A DNA stretch of 64,000 bases from Escherichia coli O157:H7 (GTDB taxonomy: Bacteria > Pseudomonadota > Gammaproteobacteria > Enterobacterales > Enterobacteriaceae): assembly GCF_013167455.1 (NCBI RefSeq), contig NZ_CP038328.1. One strand, written 5' to 3'. Below are positions 48,651-59,833 of this stretch, one piece after another. The notes beneath the pieces are model-generated. The model searched no databases, was not told the DNA's origin, and saw nothing but the letters and a program-made list of their open reading frames with translations. The position numbers were made by a program, and so were the translations under genes. How positions within the stretch are numbered: position 1 is the first letter of the stretch; every line of letters starts with the position of its first letter.

Positions 48651-49514
48651 ATGCGTTGGCAAGGGCGACGTGAAAGTGACAATGTTGAAGACAGGCGCAA
48701 TAGCTCCGGCGGTCCGTCAATGGGCGGTCCCGGTTTCCGTCTGCCGAGCGGTAAAGGCGGGCTGATTTTACTGATAGTCGTGCTGGTTGCAGGCTACTAT
48801 GGCGTTGATTTAACCGGGTTGATGACCGGGCAGCCGGTTTCTCAACAGCAATCAACGCGGTCAATTAGCCCAAATGAAGACGAAGCCGCAAAATTCACCT
48901 CGGTGATTCTGGCAACCACGGAAGACACCTGGGGACAACAGTTCGAGAAGATGGGTAAGACCTATCAGCAACCGAAGCTGGTCATGTACCGTGGAATGAC
49001 GCGTACCGGATGCGGGGCGGGCCAGTCCATAATGGGGCCGTTCTATTGCCCGGCGGATGGTACGGTTTATATCGATCTCTCCTTCTATGATGACATGAAA
49101 GACAAACTTGGCGCGGATGGCGATTTTGCCCAGGGGTACGTTATCGCCCATGAAGTCGGTCATCATGTGCAGAAACTGTTAGGCATCGAGCCGAAAGTTC
49201 GTCAACTGCAACAAAACGCGACGCAGGCGGAAGTGAACCGCTTATCTGTGCGTATGGAACTCCAGGCCGACTGTTTTGCCGGTGTCTGGGGGCATAGCAT
49301 GCAGCAGCAAGGCGTTCTGGAAACCGGCGATCTGGAAGAGGCGCTGAACGCGGCGCAGGCCATCGGCGATGACCGTTTACAACAGCAAAGTCAGGGGCGA
49401 GTAGTACCAGACAGTTTCACTCATGGCACTTCTCAGCAACGCTACAGCTGGTTTAAACGTGGTTTCGACAGCGGCGATCCGGCACAATGCAATACTTTTG
49501 GTAAAAGCATTTAA
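48651..49514 (+). CDS. ypfJ: YpfJ, predicted membrane-anchored zinc metallopeptidase (HExxH), function unknown
   Basis: Track ORF 287 aa; HEVGH at 49149-49163; N-terminal TM segment. Confidence 0.85.
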
Positions 49515-49528
49515 CTTCCGGGGCAGGG

Positions 49529-51544
49529 ATGGCTGAACTGACTGCGCTTCACACATTAACAGCGCAAATGAAACGTGAAGGGATCCGCCGCTTGCTGGTG
49601 TTGAGCGGGGAAGAGGGTTGGTGTTTTGATCATGCGCTTAAGTTACGTGATGCCTTACCTGGCGACTGGCTGTGGATTTCGCCGCAGCCAGATGCTGAAA
49701 ACCACTGTTCTCCCTCGGCACTACAAACTTTACTTGGGCGCGAGTTCCGGCATGCGGTATTCGACGCCCGCCACGGCTTTGATGCCGCTGCCTTTGCCGC
49801 ACTTAGCGGAACGTTGAAAGCGGGAAGCTGGCTGGTTTTGTTACTCCCTGTATGGGAAGAGTGGGAAAACCAACCTGATGCCGACTCGCTGCGCTGGAGT
49901 GATTGCCCTGACCCTATTGCGACGCCGCATTTTGTCCAGCATTTCAAACGCGTACTTACGGCGGATAACGACGCTATCTTCTGGCGGCAAAACCAGCCGT
50001 TCTCGTTGGCGCATTTTACTCCCCGTACTGACTGGCACCCCGCGACCGGCGCACCACAACCAGAACAACAGCAAATCTTACAGCAGCTACTGACCATGCC
50101 GTCGGGCGTGGCAGCGGTAACTGCTGCGCGTGGGCGCGGTAAATCGGCGCTGGCAGGGCAACTCATTTCTCGTATTGCGGGTAGTGCGATTATCACTGCG
50201 CCCGCAAAAGCGGCAACGGATGTACTGGCACAATTTGCGGGCGAGAAGTTTCGCTTTATTGCGCCTGATGCCTTGTTAGCCAGCGATGAGCAAGCCGACT
50301 GGCTGGTGGTCGATGAAGCCGCAGCCATACCTGCGCCGTTGTTGCATCAACTGGTATCGCGTTTTCCTCGAACGTTGTTAACCACTACGGTGCAGGGCTA
50401 CGAAGGTACCGGACGTGGTTTTTTGCTGAAATTTTGCGCTCGCTTTCCGCATTTACACCGTTTTGAACTGCAACAGCCGATCCGCTGGGCACAGGGATGC
50501 CCGCTGGAAAAAATGGTTAGTGAGGCACTGGTTTTTAACGATGAAAACTTCACCCATACACCACAAGGCAATATCGTCATTTCCGCATTTGAACAAACGT
50601 TATGGCGAAGCGAGCCAGAAACGCCGTTAAAGGTTTATCAGTTATTGTCTGGTGCGCACTACCGGACTTCGCCGCTGGATTTACGCCGCATGATGGATGC
50701 ACCAGGGCAACATTTTTTACAGGCGGCTGGCGAAAACGAGATTGCCGGAGCGCTGTGGCTGGTGGATGAGGGGGGATTATCTCAAGAACTCAGTCAGGCG
50801 GTATGGGCAGGTTTTCGTCGCCCGCGGGGTAATCTGGTGGCCCAGTCGCTGGCGGCGCACGGCAGCAATCCACTGGCGGCGACATTGCGTGGACGGCGGG
50901 TCAGCCGGATAGCAGTTCATCCGGCGCGTCAGCGCGAAGGCGTTGGGCAACAGCTCATTGCCAGCGCTTTGCAATATAGGCCTGGCCTCGACTATCTTTC
51001 GGTGAGTTTTGGTTACACCGGGGAGTTATGGCGTTTCTGGCAACGCTGCGGTTTTGTGCTGGTGCGAATGGGTAATCATCGTGAAGCCAGCAGCGGTTGC
51101 TATACGGCGATGGCGCTGTTACCGATGAGTGATGCGGGTAAACAGCTGGCTGAACGTGAGCATTACCGTTTACGTCGCGATGCGCAAGCTCTCGCGCAGT
51201 GGAATGGCGAAACACTCCCTGTTGATCCACTAAACAATGCCGTCCTTTCTGACGACGACTGGCTTGAACTGGCCGGTTTTGCTTTCGCTCATCGTCCGCT
51301 ATTAACATCGTTAGGTTGCTTATTGCGTCTGCTACAAACCAGTGAACTGGCATTACCGGCGCTGCGTGGGCGTTTACAGAAAAACGTCAGCGACGCGCAG
51401 TTATGTACCACACTTAAACTTTCAGGCCGCAAGATGTTACTGGTCCGTCAGCGGGAAGAGGCCGCACAGGCGCTGTTCGCACTTAATGATGTTCGCACTG
51501 AGCGTCTGCGCGATCGCATAACGCAATGGCAATTTTTTCACTGA
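49529..51544 (+). CDS. tmcA: tRNA(Met) cytidine acetyltransferase
   Basis: Track ORF 671 aa; helicase-like ATPase plus GNAT domain; 15-nt gap after ypfJ. Confidence 0.9.
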   Translation: MAELTALHTLTAQMKREGIRRLLVLSGEEGWCFDHALKLRDALPGDWLWISPQPDAENHCSPSALQTLLGREFRHAVFDARHGFDAAAFAALSGTLKAGSWLVLLLPVWEEWENQPDADSLRWSDCPDPIATPHFVQHFKRVLTADNDAIFWRQNQPFSLAHFTPRTDWHPATGAPQPEQQQILQQLLTMPSGVAAVTAARGRGKSALAGQLISRIAGSAIITAPAKAATDVLAQFAGEKFRFIAPDALLASDEQADWLVVDEAAAIPAPLLHQLVSRFPRTLLTTTVQGYEGTGRGFLLKFCARFPHLHRFELQQPIRWAQGCPLEKMVSEALVFNDENFTHTPQGNIVISAFEQTLWRSEPETPLKVYQLLSGAHYRTSPLDLRRMMDAPGQHFLQAAGENEIAGALWLVDEGGLSQELSQAVWAGFRRPRGNLVAQSLAAHGSNPLAATLRGRRVSRIAVHPARQREGVGQQLIASALQYRPGLDYLSVSFGYTGELWRFWQRCGFVLVRMGNHREASSGCYTAMALLPMSDAGKQLAEREHYRLRRDAQALAQWNGETLPVDPLNNAVLSDDDWLELAGFAFAHRPLLTSLGCLLRLLQTSELALPALRGRLQKNVSDAQLCTTLKLSGRKMLLVRQREEAAQALFALNDVRTERLRDRITQWQFFH

Positions 51545-51617
51545 CTCCTTCAATTTTCTCCCATGGTCATTGTGAGTCAGCGGCGTAAAATTAATGACAT
51601 CAGTTAAGGAGTTCGCC

Positions 51618-52316
51618 ATGAAACATGACCATTTTGTTGTTCAAAGCCCGGATAAACCTGCGCAACAGTTGTTACTGCTTTTCCACGGTGTCGGGGATAA
51701 CCCGGTGGCAATGGGGGAAATAGGTAGCTGGTTTGCACCGTTGTTCCCGGATGCGCTGGTGGTGAGTGTCGGTGGCGCGGAGCCGAGCGGTAATCCGGCG
51801 GGGCGTCAGTGGTTTTCGGTGCAGGGTATTACGGAAGATAATCGCCAGGCGCGTGTGGATGCCATCATGCCGACGTTTATTGAAACGGTGCGCTACTGGC
51901 AGAAACAGAGCGGAGTAGGGGCTAACGCCACGGCGCTAATCGGTTTCTCTCAAGGCGCGATTATGGCGCTGGAGAGCATTAAAGCCGAACCGGGCCTTGC
52001 TTCACGCGTCATTGCTTTTAACGGACGCTATGCGAGCCTGCCGGAAACCGCGTCTACAGCCACGACAATTCACTTGATTCATGGCGGTGAAGATCCGGTT
52101 ATCGATCTGGCGCATGCAGTTGCGGCGCAGGAAGCGTTAATCAGTGCCGGTGGTGACGTGACGCTGGATATCGTGGAGGATTTAGGCCATGCGATCGACA
52201 ATCGCAGTATGCAATTTGCCCTGGATCACTTGCGTTATACCATTCCGAAACATTATTTCGACGAAGCGCTAAGCGGCGGTAAGCCTGGCGATGATGATGT
52301 GATTGAAATGATGTAA
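51618..52316 (+). CDS. ypfH: esterase YpfH (alpha/beta hydrolase)
   Basis: Track ORF starts at 51594; ATG 51618 preceded by AAGGAG gives MKHDHFVVQSP; GFSQG nucleophile elbow. Confidence 0.9.
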   Translation: MKHDHFVVQSPDKPAQQLLLLFHGVGDNPVAMGEIGSWFAPLFPDALVVSVGGAEPSGNPAGRQWFSVQGITEDNRQARVDAIMPTFIETVRYWQKQSGVGANATALIGFSQGAIMALESIKAEPGLASRVIAFNGRYASLPETASTATTIHLIHGGEDPVIDLAHAVAAQEALISAGGDVTLDIVEDLGHAIDNRSMQFALDHLRYTIPKHYFDEALSGGKPGDDDVIEMM

Positions 52317-52321
52317 TAATA

Positions 52322-52389
52322 GCCGGGTAGGCCTGATAAGACCGTATCAGGCATCATGGCCGGATGCGGCGTTAACGCCTTATCCGGCC
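52322..52389. repeat. REP element between convergent ypfH and ypfN
   Basis: gccgggtaggcctgataagacc…ggccggatgcggcgttaacgccttatccggcc. Confidence 0.7.
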
Positions 52390-52396
52390 ACTTAGC

Positions 52397-52597
52397 TTAC
52401 TTCTTCGGTTGATCCTTTTTCGGCCAGTCGTCGTCATCGTCCCACTTATCGTTGAAATCACGATGCGGGGGAAGCTCCGGCTTGTTGGCGAGAAATTTCT
52501 TATGGTCGACGCGCTTGAGATCTTTAATCACGTTCAGCAGGACGCCTACCAAAAAGACAATCACCAGAATCCACCAATATTTAGCCAGCCAGTCCAT
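52397..52597 (-). CDS. ypfN: small membrane protein YpfN (UPF0370)
   Basis: Track ORF starts at 52621; internal ATG 52597 gives [22 protein letters not shown]; acidic/basic tail. Confidence 0.75.
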
Positions 52598-52624
52598 GCT
52601 TATTTCCTCTTGCAGAACCACTCA

Positions 52625-53752
52625 TCACGCGACGAGCTGTTCCATGATACGTTGATACATACGGGCAAGTAGCTGCAGGTCGGCAGCGTTCACACATTCA
52701 TTAATTTTATGAATAGTGGCATTGACCGGCCCGAGTTCCACCACCTGCGCCCCCATGCGGGCAATAAAGCGCCCGTCGGACGTTCCGCCTGTGGTCAGTA
52801 GCTGCGGTTTAATTTCATTATAGTGCTCAACCGCGTTAACGACCGCATCCACCAGTTTACCGCGCGCGGTCAAAAATGGCTGCCCGGAAAGCCACCAATC
52901 CACCGTATAGCGCAGTTGATGTTTTTCAAGCAGGGCAAGCACCTGCGCTTTGATCATCTCATCAGTCAGTTCGGTGCTGAAGCGGAAGTTAAACTGCACA
53001 AACAGTTCACCCGGAATAACGTTGTTACTGCCCGTTCCCGCCTGAATATTGGCAATCTGCATACTGGTCGCCGGGAAGAATTCATTGCCCTGATCCCACT
53101 CAATAGCCACTAATTCATTAAGGAAAGGTGCTGCGCGATGTACCGGATTGTCAGCCAGATGTGGGTAGGCAACATGCCCCTGAACGCCATGAATGGTTAG
53201 GTTGCAGGTTAACGATCCACGACGACCATTTTTCACCACATCACCTACCACTTCGATACTCGACGGTTCGCCGACCAGGCAGTAATCGAGACGCTCATTA
53301 CGTGCCATTAACGCTTCGACGGCTTTTACCGTACCATTGTGGGCACTGGCTTCTTCATCAGAGGTGATCAGAAATGCCAGTCGCCCTGTATGGTTGGGAT
53401 GTTGTGCGACAAAACGTTCTGCAGCTACCACCATCGCCGCCAGCGAGCCTTTCATATCTGCCGCACCGCGCCCGAATAACATGCCGTCACGAATGGTTGG
53501 TTCAAACGGCGGATTGATCCAACGATCGGCGTCGCCAGGCGGCACCACGTCGGTATGCCCGGCAAAGGCCAATGTTTCACCTTGCCCACGCCATGCCCAA
53601 AAATTCTGCGTATCGGCAAAGTCCATGCGTTCAACGGTAAAACCGATCGCCTGCAAACGTTCAATCAACAAAGCCTGGCATCCTGCGTCATCAGGACTCA
53701 GGGAAGGGCGGCGAATAAGCTGTTGTGTCAGCTCAATAACCGGGCACGACAT
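52625..53752 (-). CDS. dapE: succinyl-diaminopimelate desuccinylase
   Basis: Track ORF 375 aa; M20 peptidase family. Confidence 0.95.
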
Positions 53753-53755
53753 AGA

Positions 53756-54130
<375 letters not shown>

Positions 54131-54492
54131 TTATGAGAATAAATACTCATTTAAGAGTGAAAACATTTTGCCTGCAAATGATTATCAGGAAATATAACAT
54201 TATCGAAGTATTCAAATTAACAGCTATTAAATAATATTAAACATTTTTAACGTAAACATTAAGAATATTCATCTTGTTATCTGTCTGTATTTTAACCAGA
54301 ATTAAATCAGTATTAGATGCCGTATGAATATCTCGAAATGTTGCTGTGTATCACATACAAATCATCACTGCAGGACCATAGTATTTACATAAGGTTTGTC
54401 CCCCGGAGGTAGTCATCGCAGCAATCGAGTAAATTAGCTTCACCACGGTATATTGTTTCCGTAGAATACCCATAATTATAAGAGAGGTTGTT

Positions 54493-54552
54493 ATGATTGA
54501 ACGTGAACTGGGGAACTGGAAAGACTTTATTGAAGTTATGCTTCGTAAGTAA
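54493..54552 (+). CDS. ypfM: 19-aa small protein YpfM
   Basis: ATG 54493 preceded by AGAGAGG SD, encodes MIERELGNWKDFIEVMLRK, TAA at 54550-54552; not in ORF track (below length cutoff); recognised from small-protein literature. Confidence 0.6.
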   Translation: MIERELGNWKDFIEVMLRK

Positions 54553-54615
54553 TTCCTGAGACAAAGTACAAACAGCAAGAACCCGCTGAGCAGGTTCTTA
54601 ATCGGAAAGTTGAAA

Positions 54616-54646
54616 AAGGCGACACATTGGCATGTCGCCTTTTTTA
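54616..54646. terminator. bidirectional terminator between ypfM and acrD
   Basis: aaggcgaca/tgtcgcctt stem flanked by gaaaaa and ttttt. Confidence 0.65.
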
Positions 54647-54650
54647 TTGC

Positions 54651-57600
54651 TTATTCCGGGCGCGGCTTCAGCGGGAAGCGGCGGCGCACCAGCACAAAGA
54701 ACAGCGGCACGAAGTAAATAGCCAGAATAGTGGCTGAAATCATCCCGCCCATTACGCCAGTACCCACCGCATGCTGACCACCGGAACCGGCACCCGTGCT
54801 GGTTGCCATTGGCAATACGCCGAAGATAAATGCCAGCGAGGTCATCAGAATCGGGCGTAAACGCTGACGGCAGGCGTGGAGCGTCGCTTCAAACAGGTCG
54901 TGGCCTTTTTGGTTCATCTCGTTAGCAAACTCGACGATCAGGATGGCGTTTTTCGCCGATAAACCAATGACCGTTAACAGGCCCACCTGGAAGTAAACGT
55001 CGTTTTCCAGCCCGCGCATCCAGGTTGCCAGCAGCGCGCCGATTACCCCCAGCGGCACGACCAGCATTACCGAGAACGGTACCGACCAGCTTTCATACAA
55101 TGCAGCCAGACACAGGAATACCACCAGCAAGGAAATGGCGTACAGCGCCGGAGCCTGCGCGCCGGAAAGCCGCTCCTGATACGACATCGCCGTCCACTCC
55201 AGACCAAAGCCGTTTGGTAGCTGCTTCACTAACGATTCCATAATATCCATCGCCGTACCGGTACTGACCCCCGGTGCGGCTTCCCCAACAATTTCAACCG
55301 CAGAATAACCGTTATAGCGTTCCAGACGCGGCGAGCCTGTCTCCCAGCGTGAGGTCGCGAAAGCAGAGAAGGGCACCATGCCGCCATCTTTATTTCGGAC
55401 ATACCAGAGATTGATGTCATCTGGCAGCATGCGATACGGCGCAGCTGCCTGCACATAGACTTTCTTCACGCGACCGCGATCCATAAAGTCATTCACATAG
55501 CTCGAACCCCAGGCGGTTTGCAGTGTGTCGTTAATATCGTCGATAGCAACGCCCAGCGCCTGAGCTTTACGCTGGTCGATATCAATCTGCAACTGCGGAC
55601 TGTCATCGAGGCCGTTATGGCGCACACGGGTTAGCTCCGGGTTTTCCGCCGCCAGCGCCAGCAACTGGTTACGTGCTGCCATCAGCGCATCGTGACCTGC
55701 TCCAGCGTGGTCCTGCAACTCCATATCAAAACCTGCAGAACTACCAAGACCGCTAATTGCTGGCGGGCTGCTGGCGATAACGCGAGCTTCTTTAATTTGG
55801 TTAAACGCCTTTGTTGCACGCTCGATAATGGCAAACGAGGTGCCGGTCTTACTGTCGCGTTCGCTCCAGTCTTTCAGGCGGATAAACATTCGCGCCACGT
55901 TTTGCCCGTTACCCCCAGGGCCAGAACCAACAGTGGCAAACACCGACATGATGTTGTCTTTTTCATGGGTGAAGTAATATTTCTCGATTTGCTCAACGAC
56001 TTTCAGGGTCTGTTGTTGGGTTGAACCGCTGGGCAATTGTACCGAGGTAGTAAACATGCCACGGTCTTCCAGCGGTAAGAACGACGTCGGCAAACGCAGG
56101 AACAGGAACACCATGCCGCCAAGCAGCAGGACATAAATCACAATCCAGCGCAGGCTACGGTGGAGAATTTTCGCCACCCCTTTTTCGTAGCGTTCGGCGT
56201 TGCGGTTAAACATCTGGTTAAACCAGGCAAAAAAGCCTTTTTGCCCGTGATGCTCACCTTTTTTCAGTGGCTTAAGTAGTGTGGCACACAGAGCCGGAGT
56301 GAGGATCATCGCTACCAGTACTGACAGCACCATCGCCGCAACAATGGTAATAGAGAACTGGCGATAGATGGCACCGGTGGTGCCGCCGAAGAAGGCCATT
56401 GGTACAAATACCGCCGAAAGCACCATCGCAATCCCGACCAGTGCCCCCTGGATCTGCCCCATCGATTTACGCGTGGCTTCGCGAGGAGTGAGTCCTTCCT
56501 CACTCATAATACGTTCGACGTTTTCCACCACCACGATGGCGTCATCCACCAGCAGACCGATCGCCAGCACCATCGCGAACATGGTTAAGGTGTTGACGCT
56601 GTAACCGAAGGCGTAAAGTACGGAGAAGGTTCCCATCAACACCACCGGCACGGCGATAGTGGGTATCAGCGTGGCGCGGAAGTTTTGCAGGAACAGATAC
56701 ATAACGAGGAAAACCAGAGCGATAGCTTCCAGCAGCGTTTTCACCACGTCTTCAATGGAGGCTTTAACAAACGAGGTGGTTTCATACGCCACCTTGTATT
56801 CCAGTCCGTGCGGGAAATACTGCGCCAGCTCGTCGAGACGATTGAGCACCAGCTCCGCTGTCGCCATTTCGTTCGCGCCGGAGGCCAGTTTTACCCCCAA
56901 CCCGGAGGCTGGCTTACCATTGAAGCGGCTAAGATAATCGTATTTCTCCGCCCCCATTTCGGCGGTGGCGACATCGCCGAGCCTTACTTCTGAGCCGTCC
57001 TGATTCACCCGCAAGGTGATATCGCGGAACTGTTCTGGTGTTTGCAGCAGTGACTGGGCGTTAATGGTGGCGTTGAGCGCCTGCTTATCGACGGAAGGTG
57101 TACCACCAAGTTGCCCAACCGCAATCTGCGCGTTCTGTGACTCAATGGCATCAGTGACATCTTTAGCTGTCATCTGGAAACTGTTGAGTTTCGCCGGGTC
57201 CAGCCAGATACGCATGGAATATTGCGAACCATAGGCATCGATATCCCCGACGCCATTTACGCGGCTTAACGGGTCCTGAATATTACTGGCAACATAATCA
57301 GCAATATCCTGTTTATCCATCGAACCATCGGTAGAGACGAAGGCAATGGTCAGAATGTTGGTATCGCCGGTTTTACGCACAGTCACGCCCTGATTTTGCA
57401 CCGCCTGCGGTAACTTTCGCATGGCTGATTGCAGCTGGTTTTGTACTTGCTGCACGGCTTCGTCCGGATCGGTGCCTGCTTTAAAACTTAAAGTGACAGA
57501 TGCCTGACCGGTGCCACTGCTCTGAGATGACATATACATGAGATTATCGAGGCCGGTCATATTTTGCTCGATAACCTGGGTCACGGTGTTTTCCAGCGTC

Positions 57601-57764
57601 TGGGCCGATGCGCCGGGATAGTTAGCGGTCACTCGCACATTCGGTGGCGCGAGATCGGGGTATTGTTCAACGGGCAATGAAAAAATCGCCAGGGTACCTG
57701 TCAGACACAACAGGATTGCCAGCACCCAGGCAAAAATGGGGCGATCAATAAAGAAATTCGCCAT
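54651..57764 (-). CDS. acrD: RND aminoglycoside efflux pump AcrD
   Basis: Track ORF 1037 aa; 12-TM RND transporter. Confidence 0.95.
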   Translation of the reverse strand: MANFFIDRPIFAWVLAILLCLTGTLAIFSLPVEQYPDLAPPNVRVTANYPGASAQTLENTVTQVIEQNMTGLDNLMYMSSQSSGTGQASVTLSFKAGTDPDEAVQQVQNQLQSAMRKLPQAVQNQGVTVRKTGDTNILTIAFVSTDGSMDKQDIADYVASNIQDPLSRVNGVGDIDAYGSQYSMRIWLDPAKLNSFQMTAKDVTDAIESQNAQIAVGQLGGTPSVDKQALNATINAQSLLQTPEQFRDITLRVNQDGSEVRLGDVATAEMGAEKYDYLSRFNGKPASGLGVKLASGANEMATAELVLNRLDELAQYFPHGLEYKVAYETTSFVKASIEDVVKTLLEAIALVFLVMYLFLQNFRATLIPTIAVPVVLMGTFSVLYAFGYSVNTLTMFAMVLAIGLLVDDAIVVVENVERIMSEEGLTPREATRKSMGQIQGALVGIAMVLSAVFVPMAFFGGTTGAIYRQFSITIVAAMVLSVLVAMILTPALCATLLKPLKKGEHHGQKGFFAWFNQMFNRNAERYEKGVAKILHRSLRWIVIYVLLLGGMVFLFLRLPTSFLPLEDRGMFTTSVQLPSGSTQQQTLKVVEQIEKYYFTHEKDNIMSVFATVGSGPGGNGQNVARMFIRLKDWSERDSKTGTSFAIIERATKAFNQIKEARVIASSPPAISGLGSSAGFDMELQDHAGAGHDALMAARNQLLALAAENPELTRVRHNGLDDSPQLQIDIDQRKAQALGVAIDDINDTLQTAWGSSYVNDFMDRGRVKKVYVQAAAPYRMLPDDINLWYVRNKDGGMVPFSAFATSRWETGSPRLERYNGYSAVEIVGEAAPGVSTGTAMDIMESLVKQLPNGFGLEWTAMSYQERLSGAQAPALYAISLLVVFLCLAALYESWSVPFSVMLVVPLGVIGALLATWMRGLENDVYFQVGLLTVIGLSAKNAILIVEFANEMNQKGHDLFEATLHACRQRLRPILMTSLAFIFGVLPMATSTGAGSGGQHAVGTGVMGGMISATILAIYFVPLFFVLVRRRFPLKPRPE

Positions 57765-57927
57765 TAAAAGAGGACCTCGTGTTTCTGCGTATCGTTGTAG
57801 GCTTGACTTGCTTCACTGTAGCGGCAAGGTACGAGCCAATCGTGGAGAAAAAAAGGAGTTAATGTAAATTATCATGCCCTTTTATACTGAACCTTAACTG
57901 CAAGTATTCTTTGGTCAGTAGGAGGCA

Positions 57928-59628
57928 TTACATCAACTGACTTTCCTCACCCTCCGCAGAGCGAAAGCTAATACTCACTAACGTGCCGCCGCCGGAAGGT
58001 TGTGAAAAAGTCAGCGTCCCACCTAGCCGTTCCGCGCGTTCGCGCATGATATTCAGACCATAATGACCTTCGGGTTCTTTCGGTTCACCGATACCAATCC
58101 CGTTATCACGGATATAAACCGTGTGATTGCCGTCCGGCGCGGTGACGCAACTGACGGCGATTTCGCTGGCGTTGGCGTGCTTCATCGCATTCAGCACCGC
58201 TTCGCGAATAATTTGCAACAAATGCACCTGCATTTGCGCATCCAGTGCCAGGGTTGGCAGACGGCAGTCGAGGGTCAGTTTGGCGCTGGTTTGATTTTGT
58301 AACGTATCCAGAATTTCCCTCAACGCGGAGGGGAGATCCGCCTGCTGCAGCGTCAGGCGAAAAGTAGTCAACAGCTCGCGTAACTGCCGATAAGCATCAT
58401 TCAACGCCTGGGAAAAATCGGCCATGATACTTTGTGCGGTGGCGTTATCTTCCGGTATCGAACGCTTAAGTAACGTCAACTGGATACGTAAGTAAGAAAG
58501 TACCTGAGCCAGCGAGTCGTGCAATTCGCGGGCGATGGTTGCACGTTCTTCCATCAACAATAACTGCTGAAAATGCTTCTGCGCCTGATTAAAGTACAAA
58601 CCGCGTCCCAGCATCGACGAAACGCTGTTAAGCAGCGGTTCTGATGATGAAACGTGACTATTTTGCCAGTGCAGTTCGCCGTAAACCGTCTCTTGCATTG
58701 TCACCGGTAAAATCTGCATCGGCAATTCCGGGTTTGGTTGCCCTTCGCTAATCCGCCAGTTTTCACCGACATTTAACTCCAGATATTCAGCCGCTTCATT
58801 GTCGCGAACAATCTGCAAAATATGGCGGAAACAATGCACATCAATCTGGCTGGTGTTCAGCGCCTGCGAACATTGATACAACACCTCCAGACGACGCTTG
58901 GCCTCGTGGAGATCGCGGGTCTTTTCTTCTACTGACGCCTCCAGCGAACGGTACAATTTATGCAGCTCGCTCGACATCTGGTTAAAGGTTTTTGCAAGTA
59001 GACCAAGCTCATTCGGCAGGCTGGTATCCAGCGGTGGCGAGTCGAACTGTCCGTGTTCAATACGCTGACTGGCGGTAACCAGCTGATTCAGCGGGGCAAC
59101 CACCTGATGGCGTATGCGGCCCAAAGTAAAAAAGACCAGCGTGAAAATACCGATACCGCCAGCCAGGGAAATCGCCACCACCAGCAGCATTTTGCGTTCA
59201 GCGTAGTGCTGTAAAGCCAGCACGAACAGGTCTATCTGATTAACATAATTATTAATATTGGCCTGATACCACGGCAAATCGCCCTTGCTGAGCCGATTAT
59301 TCATCTCCAGCCAGTTGGCATTCAGATGCGCATAGCGAGTTTTTACTGCTTCTGGCACATACCAGACGTTGAGGTTGGTTAATACCGGTGAATGCAGTGC
59401 CTGCTGAAACAGCTGGCGATGTGCATTGAGTTGTGGAGTGCCACTTTGCAAGTCGTAGCCCAGGCGGTAACTCTGCATACGCAGCGATCCGGCAATATTG
59501 ATAGCCTCAGCGTCGCGCAAACTGCTCGCCAGAGTTAGCAGAGCGATACCCGTGGAAAGAATCGACAGCAGCACAATGTAAAAAAAGGCCCGGGCCAGAC
59601 TGGCCGAGACGGGTCGTTTAACAATCAC
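57928..59628 (-). CDS. narQ: nitrate/nitrite sensor histidine kinase NarQ
   Basis: Track ORF starts at GTG 59643; in-frame GTG at 59628 gives the recognised (M)IVKRPVSASLARAFFY. Confidence 0.93.
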   Translation of the reverse strand: MIVKRPVSASLARAFFYIVLLSILSTGIALLTLASSLRDAEAINIAGSLRMQSYRLGYDLQSGTPQLNAHRQLFQQALHSPVLTNLNVWYVPEAVKTRYAHLNANWLEMNNRLSKGDLPWYQANINNYVNQIDLFVLALQHYAERKMLLVVAISLAGGIGIFTLVFFTLGRIRHQVVAPLNQLVTASQRIEHGQFDSPPLDTSLPNELGLLAKTFNQMSSELHKLYRSLEASVEEKTRDLHEAKRRLEVLYQCSQALNTSQIDVHCFRHILQIVRDNEAAEYLELNVGENWRISEGQPNPELPMQILPVTMQETVYGELHWQNSHVSSSEPLLNSVSSMLGRGLYFNQAQKHFQQLLLMEERATIARELHDSLAQVLSYLRIQLTLLKRSIPEDNATAQSIMADFSQALNDAYRQLRELLTTFRLTLQQADLPSALREILDTLQNQTSAKLTLDCRLPTLALDAQMQVHLLQIIREAVLNAMKHANASEIAVSCVTAPDGNHTVYIRDNGIGIGEPKEPEGHYGLNIMRERAERLGGTLTFSQPSGGGTLVSISFRSAEGEESQLM

Positions 59629-59833
59629 ACGCGTCTTCTCCACAAAAAATCATTAATGTTCCAGTTCGCTGAAACGCAATTTAGTTAGTGATGGGATTAT
59701 TTGATCTGCCACAGTTTATAGCGAAATAGTTACTTATTCTGGGCACATGAACATTGCCGATTCCCCTGTAAGTCGGGTAATAACAACACTCATATAAAGA
59801 ATAAGGTTTTTACAACCAAAAAAGAAGGTCGTT

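Noticed and set aside
54351-54578. 75-aa minus-strand ORF spanning ypfM
   Set aside because: Lies in AT-rich DNA antisense to ypfM with no SD; Ile/Leu/Ser-rich composition expected from AT-rich sequence.
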